A stretch of DNA of 64,000 nt from Methanobacteriota archaeon (GTDB lineage Archaea > Thermoplasmatota > Thermoplasmata > RBG-16-68-12 > JAJISG01). The DNA lies in assembly GCA_030594205.1 (NCBI GenBank), contig JAUVFR010000001.1, positions 71,870 through 135,869 on the forward strand. Direction: 5' to 3'. Each line of letters starts with the position of its first letter. Position 1 is the stretch's first letter. Positions 59,489-64,000 of the stretch are shown here, piece by piece. A program made the translations under genes and the position numbers. Under the pieces are notes generated by a model that had not been told where the DNA came from, did no database searches, and saw only the letters and a list, made by a program, of their open reading frames with translations.

Positions 59489-60283
59489 GTGGACTTGCAG
59501 ATTCTGACGGTGGTCTCCATCCTGGTCTTCACCGTGGCCTTCGTGTACTCCAACTTGGGCCTCGGGGGGGGCACGCTGTACGTCCCCATCCTCCTTGCCT
59601 TCGTCACGCCGTTTAAGGAAGTGGCCGTGCCCATGTCGCTTGCGTTGACCCTGGCCACCGCCATGCCCGCGGCGATCAATCATTATCGGAAGAACTTGGT
59701 TCACACCCGACTGGCGTTCATCCTGGTCGGCGGTGCCCTCGTCGGTGCCGTCCTGGGGGCCCTGTTCACCCTTGCGATCACGCGTGAAATTTTCCTCCTG
59801 TTCTTCTCGGCGATTCTCGTGGTGGTCGGAGGGAAGATGCTCTGGGACTGGCTGGGCCATGCGGAGACGCTGGAGCGCAATGACGACGCGAAGATCACGA
59901 ATCCCCGGCTCGGTCTCACTTCCACGGCGACCCTCTCCTCCGGTTTCCTCTCCGGCAGCCTGGGTATCGGGGGCGGGGTGGCAAACGTGCCCATCATGGT
60001 CTACGGCCTCGGTCGGCGCACGCGCCTCGCCATTGGGACCTCCACCCTCATGATCGTGCCCACATCCATCGTGGGGGTCCTGAGCTACCTTTACTTCGAA
60101 GGCCTGGCGACCTTGGACGTCGGGTTGACCGCCTTCCTGTGGGTCCTCGTTCTCGTCGGCTCCTTCCTGGGGTCCTACTGGGGGCTCCGCAAGCTTCGGT
60201 CCCGGTCCGTCGCCCTTATCTTCATCCTGGTCCTTTTCGTGGCGGCGGTGAAGATGCTCACCGACCTGATCCTGGGGAGCTAA
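59489..60283 (+). CDS. Sulfite exporter TauE/SafE family
   Basis: Duplicated GLGGG..VP and GIGGG..VP motifs, AIGTS; many TM segments. Confidence 0.88.
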   Translation: MDLQILTVVSILVFTVAFVYSNLGLGGGTLYVPILLAFVTPFKEVAVPMSLALTLATAMPAAINHYRKNLVHTRLAFILVGGALVGAVLGALFTLAITREIFLLFFSAILVVVGGKMLWDWLGHAETLERNDDAKITNPRLGLTSTATLSSGFLSGSLGIGGGVANVPIMVYGLGRRTRLAIGTSTLMIVPTSIVGVLSYLYFEGLATLDVGLTAFLWVLVLVGSFLGSYWGLRKLRSRSVALIFILVLFVAAVKMLTDLILGS

Positions 60284-60315
60284 GATTTAAGGCGACTGTC
60301 CAGCTTGGTGCCGCG

Positions 60316-61467
60316 GTGGACTACTCCCCGGGCGGCAGCAGGGGCGACGAGGATTCCCTGAAAGTCGCGGGCGAGAGTCTGGTGGAGGCCTACGTTCGAA
60401 ACGAGGAGTTGAGACGGGTTCCCTGGTTGGTTCTCCTGCGCAAGGTGGCCTTCGCTCTCGCCGGCGCCTTCACGTTCATTCTAGGCATCCAGCTGATGCA
60501 GGTCTCCGCCCAGGAGTTGATTCCCACCCTGACGGGGCTGTTCGGCTCGTTGGTCGAGGCCCCTCACAATGCCCTGGGATTCGGGTGGCTCGTGACCTAC
60601 GGCGTCCTCAGCGGGTCCCCGATCGCCGCCCTGGGTCTGGGGCTCTTCGACGCGCAGGCCATGACCGACATATCGGCCTACTTCATGATCATGGGGTCAC
60701 GCTTCGGGGCCTCCTTCATTGTCATTGTCATTGGCACCATCGCCATCCTGCGGGGCGGGGGCCGGGAGGAGAGCCTCTCCATGGGCGTTCTCGCCTTCCT
60801 CGTGACCTACACGGTCTACGTTCCCGCCCTGTTCCTGGGAGTCTTCCTTCTCGACGGCAACTACCTGCCGTGGCTCGACATCTCCACCCCGCCCGTGATT
60901 GTCGGGGTCGTGGACCTGATCTTTGGCCCCTTGCGGGACGCTGCGGCCGCGCTTTTGCCCCCCGGGGCCGTCTTCTTCCTGGCTTTCCTGGCTCTCTACG
61001 CCGGTTTCTCTCTCTTCGACCGGGCCTTTCACCGCCAGGAGGTCGAGGAGGTCGAGGTCACGGCCCTTCATCGCGCCCTCGAGGTCCCCCTGTTCTCCTT
61101 CTTCTTGGGCGCGGGGATCACCCTCCTCTCCACGAGCGTCTCGCTCTCCCTGGGGATGCTCGTCCCCCTCTATCTCAAGGGGTACCTCCGTCGCCGGGAC
61201 GTGATTCCCTACATCATTGGGGCGAACATCACCACATTCGTGGACACCCTCCTCGTGGCTTTTCTCCTCTCCAACTCGGCGGCTACCCACATCGTCCTCA
61301 TCGCGATGCTGAGCGTCGGGGCCATCTCCATCCTGGTTCTCCTGGTCTACCGCTGGTACAGCAAGGCCCTCCTGTGGCTGTTTCACTGGACCTTCCACAG
61401 CAACCGCGCCGTGATTGGTTTCGTCGTCCTTCTAGTCGTTGTTCCTCTCATTTTGGTGGTGGTATGA
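60316..61467 (+). CDS. Na/Pi-cotransporter-like membrane protein
   Basis: LSGSPIAA, GSRFGAS, SVSLS, IIGANITT. Confidence 0.7.
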   Translation: MDYSPGGSRGDEDSLKVAGESLVEAYVRNEELRRVPWLVLLRKVAFALAGAFTFILGIQLMQVSAQELIPTLTGLFGSLVEAPHNALGFGWLVTYGVLSGSPIAALGLGLFDAQAMTDISAYFMIMGSRFGASFIVIVIGTIAILRGGGREESLSMGVLAFLVTYTVYVPALFLGVFLLDGNYLPWLDISTPPVIVGVVDLIFGPLRDAAAALLPPGAVFFLAFLALYAGFSLFDRAFHRQEVEEVEVTALHRALEVPLFSFFLGAGITLLSTSVSLSLGMLVPLYLKGYLRRRDVIPYIIGANITTFVDTLLVAFLLSNSAATHIVLIAMLSVGAISILVLLVYRWYSKALLWLFHWTFHSNRAVIGFVVLLVVVPLILVVV

Positions 61468-61508
61468 CAACCGCGGATTGCCCGAGCAGAAACGGGGGGT
61501 AACCGGAC

Positions 61509-62372
61509 ATGGCCCAACGTCGACGGAGTCGAAAACGCCGCGTCCTGGTCGCGACGAACCGATCGGGGGATGAATACGCCCTCGACTACGGGGTTCGCCT
61601 CGCCGAGTCCTTGGGGGCAGAGCTCGACCATTGGATGATCGTCGAGACGGTCGATGAGTGGCGGGCCGAGGCCCCCGCCCTGGAGCAAGAGAAGGAGTCT
61701 TGGAAGGATCGAGAACCCGCGGTCCAGGCCGAGCTGAAAAAGGGGCTGGCCGTGGAGATTCTGAGTCGTCTCCAACCGCAGCGATATCGGCTCGTCCTGC
61801 TCCGGTTTCGGGGACGCCGTGGCCTGAAGAAGGTCTTCCCGCGGTCGGAAATCCTCTCGATCCTTCGTCACGGAAAGGTCAGTTTCCTCGTTCTGCAGCG
61901 ACGACGGCGGCAGGTTCCGAAGAAGGTGCTCGTCTGTACGGGGGGTTCGGTCTATGCCCAACAAGCCGCGGAGTTCAGCGCCCGCCTCCTCGGCCCGCTC
62001 GGCGTCCAGACGACCGTCTTTCATGTGGCGGAGACCCAGCCGAAGTTTATCCTTAGCCAAGGGGCGGAGAAACCGGAGCTCGACCCGCGGATGGCGCGGG
62101 CTATGGCCCGGGCCCGACGGCCCTTCGAACGGGCGGGTTCCGAGACAACCGAGAAGGTACGATTCGGAAAGGTTGCCGACCAGATTCTCGCAGAGACCAC
62201 CTCGGGACGCTTCGACCTGATCGTGGTGGCGTCCCATGGAGAGAGCGGGATCCGCCATCTGCTCTTGGGCTCGGTGCCTGAGGAACTCGTGAAAAGGGCG
62301 CGGATCCCTTTGCTCATCGTACGGGCAACGAAAACCAGAACGATTTGGAGCCGATTATTCGGCCGAGGATAG
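61509..62372 (+). CDS. Universal stress protein (tandem USP domains)
   Basis: KVLVCTGGS, DLIVVASHG..LLLGSVPEELV..PLLIV. Confidence 0.88.
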   Translation: MAQRRRSRKRRVLVATNRSGDEYALDYGVRLAESLGAELDHWMIVETVDEWRAEAPALEQEKESWKDREPAVQAELKKGLAVEILSRLQPQRYRLVLLRFRGRRGLKKVFPRSEILSILRHGKVSFLVLQRRRRQVPKKVLVCTGGSVYAQQAAEFSARLLGPLGVQTTVFHVAETQPKFILSQGAEKPELDPRMARAMARARRPFERAGSETTEKVRFGKVADQILAETTSGRFDLIVVASHGESGIRHLLLGSVPEELVKRARIPLLIVRATKTRTIWSRLFGRG

Positions 62373-62394
62373 GGGCCCCGGAGGGGGGTGCCTC

Positions 62395-62523
62395 GGGAAG
62401 TACGACCTCGTCGTCTTGGGATCCCACAGGATGGACCTCATTCGGAAGCTTCATCTTGAGAAGGGTCCGCGAGGAGGCCGTAGAAGTGGTTCGGAAGCCG
62501 ATCTTCATGGTCCGGACCCAGGA
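62395..62523 (+). pseudogene. Remnant of a second USP C-terminus
   Basis: GKYDLVVLGSH, then a 1-nt frameshift to GWTSFGSFILRRVREEAVEVVRKPIFMVR; no N-terminus. Confidence 0.55.
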
Positions 62524-62601
62524 GAGGCATAAGTCTGGCGGCGCCTTCTGGGGTTGCGATGGCGGCGGGAAACCTTTAGACACGGCACAGAATGGTGTGT
62601 C

Positions 62602-63735
62602 ATGGCGCTCCCTCAGCCCGTCCCGGAACGAACCCGTCACCCGTTCCTGACCTACGACATGATTCAGGAGATTCCCGATGCCCTAGAGGCCACCCTCGAG
62701 AATACCCGAGACGAGGCGAAGCGCATCGCGGCGGAAGCGGAAGATTTTGACGCCATCATGTTCATCGGCTCGGGCACCGCGTTCTTCGCCGCCCAGCTTG
62801 GCAGTCAGCTGCTCCGACTGGCCGAGGACCCGATTCGATACCAGGCTCTCGAGGCCTTCGAGTTCCTCCACTACCTCCGCCGAGTCCCTCCGAAGACCCT
62901 CGTCGTCGGCATCTCCCACAGTGGAGTCACAAAAGCCACCGTGGATGCGTTGGGGAAGGCCCAGGGGCGGGACGTGCTCCGCGTAGGCATCACCCACTTT
63001 CGTGACCGTCCCATCGCCCAGGTCGTGAATCACCTCGTGATCGCGGGCAACGGACCAGATCGGTCCAAATGCCACACGAAGTGCTATGTGACGGGAGCTC
63101 TCGCGTCGACGGTCGTCATTCTTGAGCTTCTCCGCGTTTGGAGCGGGCAACTTCCCGATACAGTGAGAGACGTCGCCGAGCAGATCTCTGACCTGCCAGC
63201 TTTGGCTCGACGCGTCTTGCGGGAGGCCGACAGGGCCTGTGCACGGTGGGCAGAAGCCTACGTCGACCAGGACCACCACTACTACGCGGGGGCCGGACCC
63301 AACCGAGTGACGGCCCTCGAGGCCGCCCTCAAGATCAAGGAGACGAGCTTCCTGCCCGCCGAAGGGATGGAGACCGAGGAGGTCGGCCACGGTTCCTGGG
63401 TCTCCCTCGACCCGAAGAGCCTCCTCGTCCTCATTGCGCCTCGCGGGGCGAGCCACGAACGGAGCTTGGATCTTGCTCGAGTGGCGAAAATCGTGGGCAC
63501 CCCGGTCCTCGGCGTCGTCTCGGAGGGCGACGGGGCCCTAGCGGCCCGCTGCGACCAGGTGATCGAGATTCCCCAGACAGACGAGTGGCTCTCTCCCTTC
63601 CTCACCATCCTCCCGCTCTACCTTTTCGCCTACTACTCCAGCATAGGCCGCGGCGTGAACCCGGATGAGCTGCGCTACCTGGAACCACGGTACTGGCAGG
63701 CCCGACAGATTGTGTTCCCACCAGGGACTCACTGA
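62602..63735 (+). CDS. Double-SIS sugar-phosphate isomerase/deglycase (GlmS isomerase/FrlB-like, no glutaminase domain)
   Basis: GSGTA, ISHSG.T, HTKCY, ALEAALKIKET, EEVGHG, GVNPD. Confidence 0.87.
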   Translation: MALPQPVPERTRHPFLTYDMIQEIPDALEATLENTRDEAKRIAAEAEDFDAIMFIGSGTAFFAAQLGSQLLRLAEDPIRYQALEAFEFLHYLRRVPPKTLVVGISHSGVTKATVDALGKAQGRDVLRVGITHFRDRPIAQVVNHLVIAGNGPDRSKCHTKCYVTGALASTVVILELLRVWSGQLPDTVRDVAEQISDLPALARRVLREADRACARWAEAYVDQDHHYYAGAGPNRVTALEAALKIKETSFLPAEGMETEEVGHGSWVSLDPKSLLVLIAPRGASHERSLDLARVAKIVGTPVLGVVSEGDGALAARCDQVIEIPQTDEWLSPFLTILPLYLFAYYSSIGRGVNPDELRYLEPRYWQARQIVFPPGTH

Positions 63736-63745
63736 GGAAGGAAGG

Positions 63746-64000
63746 CTACGTCCAGAAAGGCACGGCGCGCCGTTTGAGCATGGCGCGGAACTGTCGGGTT
63801 GTGCGCTGGAAGACCCGGTTCGTGTTCCGGTCCAGGATGACCCCGTACCGCCGGAAGAGGTCGAGCTCGTCGATCTTTCCCTCCGCAAACTTCTTCGCCA
63901 CGGCCTCGGGGTCCTCCTCCAGCCACATGGCCCGGTTCTCGCGGATCGCCTGCCGTTCCCCCTCCGTCGCCTCCCGATCGATTTCGTACTCCGCGAGTTC
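63746..64000 (-). CDS. C-terminus of a probable hydantoinase B/oxoprolinase (acetone/acetophenone carboxylase-like) subunit; 5'-truncated by window
   Basis: Open to the window end: ELAEYEIDREATEGER...RRYGVILD...TT; the YGV..D..AT-like pattern resembles that family's C-termini. Confidence 0.55.
   Translation of the reverse strand, partial: ELAEYEIDREATEGERQAIRENRAMWLEEDPEAVAKKFAEGKIDELDLFRRYGVILDRNTNRVFQRTTRQFRAMLKRRAVPFWT

Noticed and set aside
1-64000. CRISPR arrays, rRNA, IS elements, and inteins in RadA/PolB/Lhr core/RNR
   Set aside because: No regularly spaced repeats, rRNA-like tracts, transposase motifs or intein insertions seen by eye

Overview
High-GC, densely coding archaeal chromosome segment, most consistent with a Thermoplasmatota lineage. 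Markers include radA, rps8e, rpl15e, SRP19, aIF2-beta with a TRAM domain, dph5, trmY, Trm5, PolB, phosphopantothenate synthetase and a long Lhr. Most of the window is housekeeping and heterotrophic metabolism: class II RNR, GDH, ETF with a membrane Fe-S/CCG oxidoreductase, icd, frdABCD, proline dehydrogenase, peptidases, thiolase, acyl-CoA dehydrogenase and the di-myo-inositol-phosphate genes. One accessory region (~24.0-28.3 kb, visibly lower GC) surrounds a tRNA-Arg(TCG). It has a perfect 21-bp duplication of the tRNA 3' end, no integrase, and partly decayed cargo. The most unusual signals are: (i) four conserved genes with no in-frame ATG/GTG/TTG where their N-termini should start, two of them with ACG exactly 5 nt after a GGAGGTG Shine-Dalgarno; (ii) a nickel SOD plus maturation protease next to an AQP8/TIP-like aquaporin; (iii) an E. 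coli-type Frd whose anchors may keep both heme ligands; (iv) a ~1800-aa Lhr; (v) a ThiI lacking its PP-loop. No CRISPR array, rRNA, transposase or intein was seen. All family assignments come from motif recognition, not database searches.
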